64,000 nucleotides of DNA from an uncultured Gammaproteobacteria bacterium. Its GTDB lineage: Bacteria; Patescibacteriota; Microgenomatia; Levybacterales; UBA12049. The stretch covers positions 291,425 to 355,424 of the forward strand of contig CAZCCG010000001.1 of the NCBI GenBank assembly GCA_964497535.1, read 5' to 3'. Of the stretch, positions 31,001-40,751 are shown one piece after another. Below the pieces are notes generated by a model. It saw only the letters and a list, made by a program, of their open reading frames with translations, did not search any database and was not told the origin of the DNA. Each line of letters begins with the position of its first letter. Position 1 is the first letter of the stretch. Both the position numbers and the translations under genes were made by a program.

Positions 31001-32722
31001 ATGGATATAACTCCACAAACCAAACCAGTATCAGCAGTCATGCCAGTACCCAACCAGGTATCATTTATTCCCATTGGAGGAATTGGCGATGTTACCAAAA
31101 ATATGTATCTGTATGAATATAAAGATCAAATTCTTATTGTTGATTGCGGAATTGGTTTTGCGGATGAGACAATGATTGGCGTTGATTTGTTATTGCCCGA
31201 TATTTCCTATCTGGTCAAAACAATATCTGCCAATCCGAAAAAAACAATTGTTGGGTTGGCATTGACTCATGGTCATGAAGATCATATTGGTGCGTTGCCG
31301 TTTCTATTGCCTCAATTATTATCGTTAAATTCATTTCCTATATATGGAACTCCCTTAACAGCAGCACTGGCGAATGGAAAATTGGATGAATTTGGAATAT
31401 ATACTAAAGTAAAGACGGTTTCCTTTGATAAACCTCTTGTAAATTTAGGTAATTTTCAACTCGAGTTTATTCGTATTACTCATTCGGTTCCGGATACCTC
31501 AAATATCTTTATAAAAACCCCCGTAGGAAATTTCTACCATGGGAGTGACTTTAAGTTTGATTTGACTCCAGCTGATGGGAAGAAAACTGATTTTCAGAGT
31601 ATAGCGCAAAGCGGAGCCACAGGAGTAATGACATTACTGTCTGATTGCTTGGGATCGGAACGGAAAGGGAGAACGCCCTCTGAGTCTGCATTAGGAGAAA
31701 CTATTGAGCGGGAAATGCGAAACTGCCGTGGAAAATTTGTAGTCACTACGTATTCATCTAATATTTCACGGCTCAATCAGGCAATTGAGGCTGCTAAAAA
31801 AACGGGAAGGAAAGTATGTTTTATTGGGCGGTCTCTGATGAATGCAAAAGAAGTAGCCGTAAAGATTGGATATATGCAGATACCTCCCGGTATGGAGCTT
31901 GAGATGAATCAAATCCGAAGAGTAAAAGATAATAAGCTACTTCTGATTGCAGCAGGAAGTCAAGGCCAAGAAAACAGCGCAATGACAAGAATTGCCAATG
32001 GCGAGCATAAAGAAGTTAAGCTTTCTTCGGATGATGTAGTTCTTTTTTCATCAGACCCAATTCCCGGAAATGAAGTATCCGTCAATTCTTTAATAGATAG
32101 CCTTGCTAAAAAAGGTATACGTGTTGTGTATTCAAGCTTATATGAGAATGTTCACGTTTCAGGACATGGTTCTTCTGATGATTTACTGTTGATGATGGCA
32201 TTAACCCAGCCGCGATACCTTGTGCCAATTGGAGGGAACTACAAACATATGGTTGCCTATAAGGCATTGGCGCAAAAATTGGGGTATAAAAATTCCGATA
32301 TATTCCTTCTTGAGGATGGTCAAGAAATCCTATTTTCTCATAATAAAGTAACACCCGGCAGAAAAATTGAAGTAAGAAATGTATATGTGGATGAAATAAC
32401 AGGAGAAGAAGTTGACAGTTTTGTTCTCAGGGATAGAAAAAAACTTTCAGAAGGAGGAATGGTCTTGGTTATGGCAGAAATAGATTCCAATACAGGACAG
32501 ATTATTGGAGATCCACAAATTTTGATTCGAGGATTTAGCCAACCTGATACAACAATGCTTGAGAAGAAATTAGCATTAGAGCTTAAAAAAACTCTTAACA
32601 ATAATAGAGGAAAGACTAATTGGGTATACATTCGGAAATTAATTGGGGAAGTTGCCGAGCGTTTTATATTTAGACAGCTTCGAAGGAGACCTCTGGTCTT
32701 GCCTGTTGTTATTGAAGTGTAA
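31001..32722 (+). CDS. rnj: Ribonuclease J
   Basis: THGHEDHIG, THSVPD, GSQG, HVSGH. Confidence 0.96.
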   Translation: MDITPQTKPVSAVMPVPNQVSFIPIGGIGDVTKNMYLYEYKDQILIVDCGIGFADETMIGVDLLLPDISYLVKTISANPKKTIVGLALTHGHEDHIGALPFLLPQLLSLNSFPIYGTPLTAALANGKLDEFGIYTKVKTVSFDKPLVNLGNFQLEFIRITHSVPDTSNIFIKTPVGNFYHGSDFKFDLTPADGKKTDFQSIAQSGATGVMTLLSDCLGSERKGRTPSESALGETIEREMRNCRGKFVVTTYSSNISRLNQAIEAAKKTGRKVCFIGRSLMNAKEVAVKIGYMQIPPGMELEMNQIRRVKDNKLLLIAAGSQGQENSAMTRIANGEHKEVKLSSDDVVLFSSDPIPGNEVSVNSLIDSLAKKGIRVVYSSLYENVHVSGHGSSDDLLLMMALTQPRYLVPIGGNYKHMVAYKALAQKLGYKNSDIFLLEDGQEILFSHNKVTPGRKIEVRNVYVDEITGEEVDSFVLRDRKKLSEGGMVLVMAEIDSNTGQIIGDPQILIRGFSQPDTTMLEKKLALELKKTLNNNRGKTNWVYIRKLIGEVAERFIFRQLRRRPLVLPVVIEV

Positions 32723-32772
32723 TGAACGAGTTCAACTTGTAGTATTGAGCGTAAGTCATTTATAATAAGTGT

Positions 32773-34911
32773 ATGAGTAAAAAGAAAAAATCAGCATCCA
32801 GAAGAAGATCTCGGAAAATTAAATTTAAGCTGAAAAAGAATACGGTTTATACACTTTTTTCTCTGGGGTTGTTTTTGGCAGCAGGATTAACCCTTTTGCC
32901 CTATATTCAAGGAGATGGTGCTCTTGCACCGGTTCATACGGTTTTGGACGAACATTTCGGGTGGGGAGGGGTAGTTATTCCATTCCTTTTGGCTCTTTTG
33001 GGATTTTTATTTTTACGATTAAAGTTTTTTCTTTCTCAAGTAAATGTTTCGATAGGATTTCTGTTGACATTTGTATCTCTTCTGGCATTGACACAAGCGG
33101 GAACTATTGGATCACAATTATTCATAATACTCTCAGAGCTGTTGACTACAATTGGAGCAAAGGCAGTATATATTGTAGGAACCTTAATTGGAGTAATTGT
33201 TCTTTTTGATACCTCTGTTGACGATATGCTTAAATCAGTGAGTTTCTTATTTCATCACCTTGATAGACTCATTCCTTTTGGTTTATTTTCCGGCAACAAG
33301 AAAATCAAGCCTATGGTAGTCAGTAATAAAGCGTTGGAAATAAAAGGCGGACAAAAGGATGCCGTTTCTCAATCTCCTTCAAAAGGAATGGCAGTTACTC
33401 AGCCTACTATTAAAAAGGAGCAAATACAATTGACAGACAAATTGATTACCAATACTATGACAACCACAGGTATATGGGATTATCCGCCATTATCGTTACT
33501 TTCGGATGCATCCAATCAAAAGGCAGAGCGGGGAGATATTAAAAAGATTGCGACTGTCATTGAAAAGACACTCCAAAGCTTTGGAATTGAAGCACGAGTT
33601 GCTGAAGTAAATTTGGGTCCGGCGGTTACTCAGTACGCACTTGAAATTGCTCTTGGAACAAAAGTTTCAAAGATTACCTCGTTGGCAAACGACATCGCTC
33701 TTGCAACAGAGGCACCTACTGGACAAATTCGTATTGAAGCTCCTATTCCAGGAAGAAGTTTGATCGGAATCGAAATTCCAAATCGATCTTTAGAAATTGT
33801 AACGCTTCGTACCATGCTTGCTTCTCAAGCAATGCAAAAGTCGAAATCAAAGCTGGCTGTTTCAATGGGTCTGGATGTATCGGGAACTCCGGTCATTGCG
33901 GATATTGCTCGTATGCCACACGTGCTCATTGCTGGAACCACTGGATCTGGAAAATCGGTTATGATGAATTCAATTATCTCCTCCTTGCTGTTTCGGGCAT
34001 CACCTGATGAGGTGAAGCTTATTTTAGTTGATCCAAAACGAGTTGAATTTACCATTTATAATGGTATTCCTCATTTACTAACTCCTGTTATTGTAGAGCC
34101 TGAGAAAATCCTTTCTGCCTTGAAGTGGTCAATGGCAGAGATGGATAGACGATATAAGCTATTTGCCGAACAGGGAGTACGAAACATTGATGGATACAAT
34201 GAATTATCAGGGTTTCAAGCGCTTCCTTACATTGTGATCATTATTGATGAACTTGCTGACTTGATGATGTTTGCGCCTGTTGAAGTTGAAGATGCGATTG
34301 CCCGTATTGCTCAGATGGCTCGAGCTACCGGTATTCATTTGGTAATTGCCACACAACGGCCTTCCGTCAATGTTATAACGGGGCTTATTAAGGCTAATAT
34401 TCCAACGCGTATTGCATTTAGCGTTTCATCTATGGTTGATTCCCGCGTTATTATCGACGGACCGGGGGCTGAAAAATTGCTCGGAAGGGGAGATATGTTA
34501 TACATTCCTCCTGATCAGGCAAAACCGACTCGTATTCAAGGTGCTTTTGTAGATGAAAAAACAGGAATAAAGAAATTGGTTGAATATCTGAAATCAAAAT
34601 CGCCTCATGTTGAATATACAGAAGAGATTACAACCCAACCTTTGCCGTTGAAAAAAGGAGCAGGGGGAAGCAGTATTGGGGCAAATGGACATGACCAATT
34701 GTTTGAGGAATCAATCCGAATTATCTGTCAGCATGATAAAGCCTCTGCGTCACTTCTTCAACGACGGTTATCTATTGGTTATGCACGTGCTGCGCGAATT
34801 TTGGATCAACTAGAAGAAGTTGGAATTGTAGGTCATGCGGAAGGTTCAAAGCCCCGGGATGTATTGGTAAGAAATGCCGACGATTTTTTAAGAACAATGC
34901 AAACACAGTAA
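32773..34911 (+). CDS. ftsK: DNA translocase FtsK/SpoIIIE
   Basis: 4TM N domain, GTTGSGKS, IDELADLMM, gamma domain LQRRLSIGYARAAR. Confidence 0.97.
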   Translation: MSKKKKSASRRRSRKIKFKLKKNTVYTLFSLGLFLAAGLTLLPYIQGDGALAPVHTVLDEHFGWGGVVIPFLLALLGFLFLRLKFFLSQVNVSIGFLLTFVSLLALTQAGTIGSQLFIILSELLTTIGAKAVYIVGTLIGVIVLFDTSVDDMLKSVSFLFHHLDRLIPFGLFSGNKKIKPMVVSNKALEIKGGQKDAVSQSPSKGMAVTQPTIKKEQIQLTDKLITNTMTTTGIWDYPPLSLLSDASNQKAERGDIKKIATVIEKTLQSFGIEARVAEVNLGPAVTQYALEIALGTKVSKITSLANDIALATEAPTGQIRIEAPIPGRSLIGIEIPNRSLEIVTLRTMLASQAMQKSKSKLAVSMGLDVSGTPVIADIARMPHVLIAGTTGSGKSVMMNSIISSLLFRASPDEVKLILVDPKRVEFTIYNGIPHLLTPVIVEPEKILSALKWSMAEMDRRYKLFAEQGVRNIDGYNELSGFQALPYIVIIIDELADLMMFAPVEVEDAIARIAQMARATGIHLVIATQRPSVNVITGLIKANIPTRIAFSVSSMVDSRVIIDGPGAEKLLGRGDMLYIPPDQAKPTRIQGAFVDEKTGIKKLVEYLKSKSPHVEYTEEITTQPLPLKKGAGGSSIGANGHDQLFEESIRIICQHDKASASLLQRRLSIGYARAARILDQLEEVGIVGHAEGSKPRDVLVRNADDFLRTMQTQ

Positions 34912-35002
34912 ATTTCCAATAATTACCAATTTCAAATATCCAATTTCCAATAAGTTTTTATTTGGCATTTGAAATTTGGTATTGGAAATTTGAAATTTAA
35001 TT
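34910..35002. repeat. 7-nt-periodic imperfect inverted repeat (element B)
   Basis: aatttcc/caatttc/aaatatc/caatttc units, then gcatttg aaatttg gtattgg aaatttg aaattt; abuts ATG 35003. Confidence 0.8.
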
Positions 35003-35635
35003 ATGGTACGGATTGGGCATAAATTGCAGGAGAAACGGTTACAAAAGGGTTTAACCATTGAAGAAATTGCCCAAGCGACCAAAATACGTCCATCATTTAT
35101 ATCGGCAATAGAGAAAGGTGAGTATAACAAGCTTCCAGCCAGTACCTATGCTCAAGGCTTTGTCCAAAATTACGCTGATTATTTGGGATTACCTAAAAAA
35201 GAAACTCTTGCATTATTTCGTAGAGAATTCGATAGTGAGCGGTCATTTCGAGTATTACCTAAAACCCTTGATCAACAAGCAGACTTTCCCATTCATAAAG
35301 TAAGAGTTTCAAAAATGGTTTACCTGGTTATTGTGGTTTTCCTGTGTTTTGCAGGATATTTGATGTTTCAGTATCGCGGAGCTTTTATAAATCCGCCACT
35401 TGAGATAACTACTCCGGTAGATGGGAGTGTAGTAAAAGCACAAACAATTGAAGTACGGGGTAAAACCGATCCCGCGGCAAGTGTATATATTAACAATGAC
35501 TTGACGTCGGTAGATTCCAATGGCATATTTACCAAACATGTAGAGATCCTCTCAGGTGAGGAATCAATTACTATACGAGCAGTGAATACGTTTCATAAAG
35601 AGACGGTTATTCAACGGAGCATAAAAGTTCAGTAA
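35003..35635 (+). CDS. RodZ-like HTH membrane protein with C-terminal Ig-like domain
   Basis: HTH (TKIR...AIEKG...YAQGFVQNYADYLGL), TM, beta-rich tail; downstream of ftsK. Confidence 0.8.
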   Translation: MVRIGHKLQEKRLQKGLTIEEIAQATKIRPSFISAIEKGEYNKLPASTYAQGFVQNYADYLGLPKKETLALFRREFDSERSFRVLPKTLDQQADFPIHKVRVSKMVYLVIVVFLCFAGYLMFQYRGAFINPPLEITTPVDGSVVKAQTIEVRGKTDPAASVYINNDLTSVDSNGIFTKHVEILSGEESITIRAVNTFHKETVIQRSIKVQ

Positions 35636-35641
35636 TACGAT

Positions 35642-35671
35642 TTGACAGGGCAATAAAAATGTTGCTATGAT
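35642..35671 (+). promoter_or_regulatory. Sigma-70 promoter (leaderless)
   Basis: TTGACA-18-TGn-TATGAT, then 6 nt to ATG 35678. Confidence 0.75.
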
Positions 35672-35677
35672 AAAGGT

Positions 35678-35977
35678 ATGATGGATACTGCTCAGCTTGT
35701 ACTTCTCATCGTCGTGGTAGTACTGACAATACTTCTGATTGTTTTGGGAATTCAGGTTTTTTTCATTCTTCGAGAACTTCGTAAAACTGTTCAAAAAGCA
35801 AATAAAGTTTTGGATGATACAGGCAGCATCGCCGATAGTATTGCGGGACCTATTTCGTCACTCAGCAGCTTAACAACCGGCCTTCAGGCCACCTCATTTA
35901 TTGCCGCCGCAAAGATTTTGAAAGGAATCTTCTTTCAAGGCAAGTCTAAAAGAAGACACGTTGAGGAGGAAGGATAA
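35678..35977 (+). CDS. DUF948/YoxC-like membrane protein
   Basis: Single N-terminal TM plus amphipathic helix; paired with a YtxH-like gene. Confidence 0.6.
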   Translation: MMDTAQLVLLIVVVVLTILLIVLGIQVFFILRELRKTVQKANKVLDDTGSIADSIAGPISSLSSLTTGLQATSFIAAAKILKGIFFQGKSKRRHVEEEG

Positions 35978-35980
35978 TAT

Positions 35981-36319
35981 ATGGATCAGAGGAATCATTC
36001 AAATGGAAACGGATTTAGCGTTTTTTTAACAGGTGTTATCGTGGGAGTTCTTTTAACCCTTTTATTTACTACCCGCCGGGGGAAAAAGCTACTGGATAAA
36101 ATTACAGATGAGGGTCTTACTAGCTTATCTGATTTAAAGACATTGATGCAGGATGAAGATTTGGAAGAAATGGAAGATGAGCAAGAAGCATTAGACGATG
36201 AACCGATAGAGGAGGAAGAAGAATCAATGCCAATGAAAAATCACAAAAAACCATCTTCAGTAAAAAAGATTGCAGCTACAACCCGCCGCTTTTTCAAACG
36301 TCCACAGAGAAGAAATTAA
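35981..36319 (+). CDS. YtxH-like protein
   Basis: FLTGVIVGVLLTLLFT.R.GKKL motif, acidic tail. Confidence 0.65.
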   Translation: MDQRNHSNGNGFSVFLTGVIVGVLLTLLFTTRRGKKLLDKITDEGLTSLSDLKTLMQDEDLEEMEDEQEALDDEPIEEEEESMPMKNHKKPSSVKKIAATTRRFFKRPQRRN

Positions 36320-36411
36320 TTTTTACTCCGGTTATTTTTATCTGTTATAATCTTCCTATAACAGAAGAGATAGTAATTACTATACTCAAGCAGGTAAAAT
36401 AAATTAAAGCA

Positions 36412-37131
36412 ATGAAAAGTAATCAAACATATAAAAAAATAATTGGTATTTTAGGCGGAATGGGACCACAGGCCACTATGGATTTTGAGCAGAGAGTTCA
36501 TGCTATTGCAAAAAAGCTACATCCTCCGAAATTCAGCACAGGATACCCAACTATGATTTCTTATTACTTTCGGGAAGTCCCCATCGCAATGAACGAGGAT
36601 GGCAGTTTTATTTCTCCTCCACAGCCAAATCCTGATTTATTGGAAGCAGCACGAAAGATTGGAACTATTTCTGATTTTATTGTTATTACATCCAATACTC
36701 CTCATTTTTTCCAAAAACAAATCGAAGAAATATCAGGCAAAAAAGTATTGAGTATGATTGACGCAACTGTTGAAGAAATTAAAAAGAGAAAAGATAAAAA
36801 AATAGGATTAATGGCAATCGGATTTAGTTTAAAAAACAGGTTATTTCAAAATAAGCTTGATCCGTTCGGTTTGGAATATGAAGTAATGCCGGATGAAATG
36901 GCACAGCGGTTGGATCAATCCATAGAAGCAGTAATGGAAAATGAACCGATTACAAAAGAATTAACAAAACCTGCAAAAGAGGCGCTTGCCTATTTAAGGA
37001 GTAAAGATGTTGACAGTATTATTTTGGGATGCACGGAAATTCCATTTCTTCTTGAGGATGAGTTGGATACTCCCGATATTGTTAATCCCATCCAGCTTCT
37101 TGCCCAATTCACCGTCCGTTACAGCCTCTAA
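36412..37131 (+). CDS. Asp/Glu racemase family protein
   Basis: IGILGGMGPQAT, ITSNT, ILGCTEIP. Confidence 0.9.
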   Translation: MKSNQTYKKIIGILGGMGPQATMDFEQRVHAIAKKLHPPKFSTGYPTMISYYFREVPIAMNEDGSFISPPQPNPDLLEAARKIGTISDFIVITSNTPHFFQKQIEEISGKKVLSMIDATVEEIKKRKDKKIGLMAIGFSLKNRLFQNKLDPFGLEYEVMPDEMAQRLDQSIEAVMENEPITKELTKPAKEALAYLRSKDVDSIILGCTEIPFLLEDELDTPDIVNPIQLLAQFTVRYSL

Positions 37132-37137
37132 TACACA

Positions 37138-37662
37138 ATGGCTAATAGAAATATCAAAAGAATTATTGGAGATTACCAACTCTTCTTCTTTAGTTTGTAT
37201 ACGCAGCTGAATAAGCGTAATGTTGATATAACAGGAATGCCATTGAGTCATCTTTGCTATAGGGTTTCTACAGAATTAGAGTATAAGGAAATTCGTGATC
37301 AGTTAAAGGATTTTTGTAGTGAATTTGTAGAGACACAATTTAATGGAAGATCTGTTTCAATTCTAATTCTCAAAACATCATTAGTTTTTAAAGAAGGTTT
37401 TACGGTATCCGTTATTGAATTACCAGCTTCAAGAGCAAGCCATACCTATCCAAGTGGTCTGGAACATGTAGGAGTACTTGTTGGGAAAACACTTCCTGCA
37501 TTTAACAAACAGTATAAAGATGTATTAACGGGTACAAAAGATCATGGAATAAATTGCAAACCGTCATTTATATCATTTAATAATGGTAAAACGGTAAAAT
37601 TTTATGACCACTCTTTGAAAGAAATAGTGTTATTAGAAGGTTGGGAATTCCAATCTCTATAA
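37138..37662 (+). CDS. YecM-like VOC family protein
   Basis: HLCYR, NGR, IELP, GLEH, VKF motifs. Confidence 0.75.
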   Translation: MANRNIKRIIGDYQLFFFSLYTQLNKRNVDITGMPLSHLCYRVSTELEYKEIRDQLKDFCSEFVETQFNGRSVSILILKTSLVFKEGFTVSVIELPASRASHTYPSGLEHVGVLVGKTLPAFNKQYKDVLTGTKDHGINCKPSFISFNNGKTVKFYDHSLKEIVLLEGWEFQSL

Positions 37663-37663
37663 A

Positions 37664-38614
37664 TTAGAGGCTATATTTTTCGATGTTGGCGTTTTGTTGA
37701 TCATTCGTTGTGGCGTAGTGAATATTCCCATTTCTATCATGTAAATAATACACATAGCTTGTCTCTTGAGGATGTGCTGCGGCTTGTAAGGAAGGAAGTC
37801 CGGGATTAGAAATCGGTCCTGGCGGCAGTCCCGGGAATAGATACGTATTGTAAATTGATTTTACCGATTTATATTCCGAGACACCAACCGGTGCCCACCA
37901 CAAACTTCCTACTTTCCCTTTCGCATATTGGATCGTAGCATCAATCTGCAGAGCCATTCCTTCGTCAAGCCTATTATTAATAATTCCTGCAATTACCGGT
38001 TTTTCATCATTCGTTTTGGCTTCGCGTTCCAGAAGAGAAGCAATTGTTACGATTTTCTTGAGATTGGGAGAATCTTTAGACAATCCAATACTGCCAATCT
38101 TGGAATAAAAATTGTTCGTCATAATAGTTACGATAGCATTAATAGTTGCATCTTTTGGAATTAAATACGTATCAGGAAAGAGATATCCCTCATTTTGATT
38201 CAGTATATCTCTCCACGTATCCTGATATTGCGGCATTTTTTCTTTAAGAATATCGGCTATTTCATCAGCTCGTTTACCTTCTGGGATTGTTACCCAGATG
38301 TCCAAAGTACCGTGCGTTAATGTCTCTGCAATATCTCGGGCATTTTGCGATGGAGAAAGTCTGAAATCTCCCGCTTGGATTTTATCATCATATCCTTCTT
38401 TCTTGACGACAAGGAAAAAGACAATGGGATCTTTAATCAAACCCTCTTTTCTTAATTGATTGGCAATGTCTTTTACACCTTCCCCCTTCTCTACTACAAA
38501 GATTTTGGTATTTTTATTCGTTGAATCTACTGCTTGTAATCCTTGTTTCCACCAAATAAAAAGTCCCAGTCCTATACCTCCTAGAATGAGAATGGTGGTG
38601 AATAATCGTTTCAT
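37664..38614 (-). CDS. mltG: Endolytic transglycosylase MltG
   Basis: TIPEG, EGYLFPDTY, ASLLERE, LQIDAT, YNTY...GLPPGPISNPG. Confidence 0.95.
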   Translation of the reverse strand: MKRLFTTILILGGIGLGLFIWWKQGLQAVDSTNKNTKIFVVEKGEGVKDIANQLRKEGLIKDPIVFFLVVKKEGYDDKIQAGDFRLSPSQNARDIAETLTHGTLDIWVTIPEGKRADEIADILKEKMPQYQDTWRDILNQNEGYLFPDTYLIPKDATINAIVTIMTNNFYSKIGSIGLSKDSPNLKKIVTIASLLEREAKTNDEKPVIAGIINNRLDEGMALQIDATIQYAKGKVGSLWWAPVGVSEYKSVKSIYNTYLFPGLPPGPISNPGLPSLQAAAHPQETSYVYYLHDRNGNIHYATTNDQQNANIEKYSL

Positions 38615-38617
38615 ATG

Positions 38618-39889
38618 TTAGTAGTCCATGACCGGGAAATTAGTAAGAGAATCGATCGCCTCCTTCATATTAGATTTGTTATCGGTATAGATTGTATACA
38701 ATACATCTTTTATATGTACAGTCTCGTTTAATTTTTTTCCCAAATAAATACCTGCTCCTTTTTCTTTTGGGGCACCTAAAATCTTGGAGATAATTGTAGC
38801 ATTTTTACTATAAATTGTTTTGACTTTTCCTGTTTTTGTTGCATGGACCGTATGAGTATATGCTCCAGGTTTCAAATCTTCAGAGTCTTTGGGGGGAATG
38901 CCTTTTTGTGCTTTAATAATTTCCTGCATTTTTTCCCAGGCTACCTTAGACTGCAATAAGTACGTTGCCCATCCAATTGGATTACCGTATGTTTTTTTGA
39001 CATGCTCCTTTAATGTTTTGGAAGAATCTTTCAGACAAATATCCAATAGATTTCCGGCCAAATTCAAAGCTCGTACTTCTAAGTCAATTGGGCGGTCGTG
39101 TTTTTGTTGCAAAACCCGTATGGCTTCCCGAGTTTCCAATACTGGTCCAATCCCTCTTCCTGCAGGTTCATCAGTTTTATGAATCAGTACGCGAATTCTG
39201 ATTTTAAACATTGTGGCCAGATATTCAAATTTTTCCTGAAGAAGTTGTGCATCTTTTAAGGTATGAACTTTTACCATTGCTCCATATGGTAGATCAATAA
39301 CGACATGGTTAGAACCAAATGCAACCTTTTTTGCCATGATTGATACTAAAATTTTATCAAAACTTTCAAATAGCAGTGGTTCTTCTACTTTTATAATAAT
39401 GTCATCAGCCGGAGCAAGTCGGAAACTTCCTCCCCATACAATACATCCATTCGTTTTCTCAACAATTTTATAAATTTCATTTTCACTAAATTCTACTTTT
39501 GCCAAAACTTCCATATCATCTGCGGTTCCTCCAGGAGTTGTAATTGCGCGAGAAGAACTTTTGGGTATTGTAAATCCTGCAGCAGCAATGATCGGTACTA
39601 CGATCATGGTGGTTCTGGTTCCTGGTATACCTCCGATTGAATGTTTGTCTGCAACAATTCCTTTGAAGTGAAGTTTCTCACCTGTCTCAACCATAGCTTT
39701 GGTGAGGTAATACAGTTCTTTTTTACTAAATCCTTTTGAATATCCTGAGGCAGCAAAATAGGTAGTGAGAACATCTCCTAGACGATGGTTGGCAATCTGG
39801 TCCATGACTGAGTAAATCTCCGGATATGTCAATTTCTTACCAACCAGTTTTTTTTGGATTGCCTCGAGTGCTCGTGACTCAACTGTCAT
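38618..39889 (-). CDS. AMP phosphorylase / archaeal-type thymidine phosphorylase
   Basis: DKHSIGGIPG.RTT, PKSSSRAIT..GTAD, WGG...LAPADD, GIGPVLE. Confidence 0.88.
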   Translation of the reverse strand: MTVESRALEAIQKKLVGKKLTYPEIYSVMDQIANHRLGDVLTTYFAASGYSKGFSKKELYYLTKAMVETGEKLHFKGIVADKHSIGGIPGTRTTMIVVPIIAAAGFTIPKSSSRAITTPGGTADDMEVLAKVEFSENEIYKIVEKTNGCIVWGGSFRLAPADDIIIKVEEPLLFESFDKILVSIMAKKVAFGSNHVVIDLPYGAMVKVHTLKDAQLLQEKFEYLATMFKIRIRVLIHKTDEPAGRGIGPVLETREAIRVLQQKHDRPIDLEVRALNLAGNLLDICLKDSSKTLKEHVKKTYGNPIGWATYLLQSKVAWEKMQEIIKAQKGIPPKDSEDLKPGAYTHTVHATKTGKVKTIYSKNATIISKILGAPKEKGAGIYLGKKLNETVHIKDVLYTIYTDNKSNMKEAIDSLTNFPVMDY

Positions 39890-40029
39890 TACATGGATCC
39901 TTTCAATTCTTCAATAGCATACTTCACAAAGCTTTTGATAAGGTTTATCACAAAATACAAACAGCCATTAATAACTTTATATACTGTTGGCCAGATACTT
40001 TTTAAAATAACCAGAATGCGTTCTTTCAT
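39889..40029 (-). CDS. Unannotated 46-aa amphipathic/hydrophobic protein
   Basis: MKERILVILKSIWPTVYKVINGCLYFVINLIKSFVKYAIEELKGSM; ATGA overlap with the sortase stop and TAATG overlap with the next start. Confidence 0.75.
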   Translation of the reverse strand: MKERILVILKSIWPTVYKVINGCLYFVINLIKSFVKYAIEELKGSM

Positions 40030-40751
40030 AGGGCTTGAATTCGTGATCGTATTACTAAGCGTTTCCAGGTTGTGCCTGGTGGAGTACAGGTAATAATAGT
40101 AAGATAGGAATCATCATAATTTTGAGCAAAAACAGATGTATCTGTCGGTTCAACTACGGATATATTATAAATTTTATAGTAATATGTAATATTTGCAATA
40201 GTTGTTGCTACTAAATCTCCTGATTTTAGTTTATATGCGTTTGCAAAAATTGTTCTATAGTTTTTGGGATTAAATAGCTGTGGGAGTGTTGAATGGCCAA
40301 ATACCACCGCATTCCCTTTTGCTGCAGGAATTGCAGTTCCTCCATAATTTACCAAATGGTTGTCTAAGTCATAGTCAACGGTTGAGACATATGCATTTTG
40401 AATGTTCAATTTGGGAATAGAGATCGTATATGAAGAAATTTTTGGTGTCGAATTTGAAGTTTTTAGAGTAGGGAACCAATTTTGAGCGTTTGAGTAGTCA
40501 ACTGTCTGAAAGGGATTTACCTGTGAAAGCAGAGTATCAATAGAAGATTTTGTTACCATTGTTGTTTTTGGAATTGGTATTGCAATATTTGAAGCTGCAA
40601 AAACAGGAGCAAAATATATTTGCCATGAAATCATGGGAAAAAAAACATACAAGATTGAGATTATTCCAAACCCAATAAGAATGACACCAAATACGCGTGA
40701 TTTTTTCCGGATGGTGCCGGACCCTTTTTTTGTGTAGTAGTATTTATTCAT
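40026..40751 (-). CDS. Sortase
   Basis: N-terminal TM, ISIPKL, VVFGHS, LTIITC.PPG...KRL (His/Cys/Arg). Confidence 0.9.
   Translation of the reverse strand: MNKYYYTKKGSGTIRKKSRVFGVILIGFGIISILYVFFPMISWQIYFAPVFAASNIAIPIPKTTMVTKSSIDTLLSQVNPFQTVDYSNAQNWFPTLKTSNSTPKISSYTISIPKLNIQNAYVSTVDYDLDNHLVNYGGTAIPAAKGNAVVFGHSTLPQLFNPKNYRTIFANAYKLKSGDLVATTIANITYYYKIYNISVVEPTDTSVFAQNYDDSYLTIITCTPPGTTWKRLVIRSRIQAL

Noticed and set aside
39893-40093. 66-aa plus-strand ORF in the track
   Set aside because: Shadow of the doubly coupled minus-strand 46-aa ORF and the sortase
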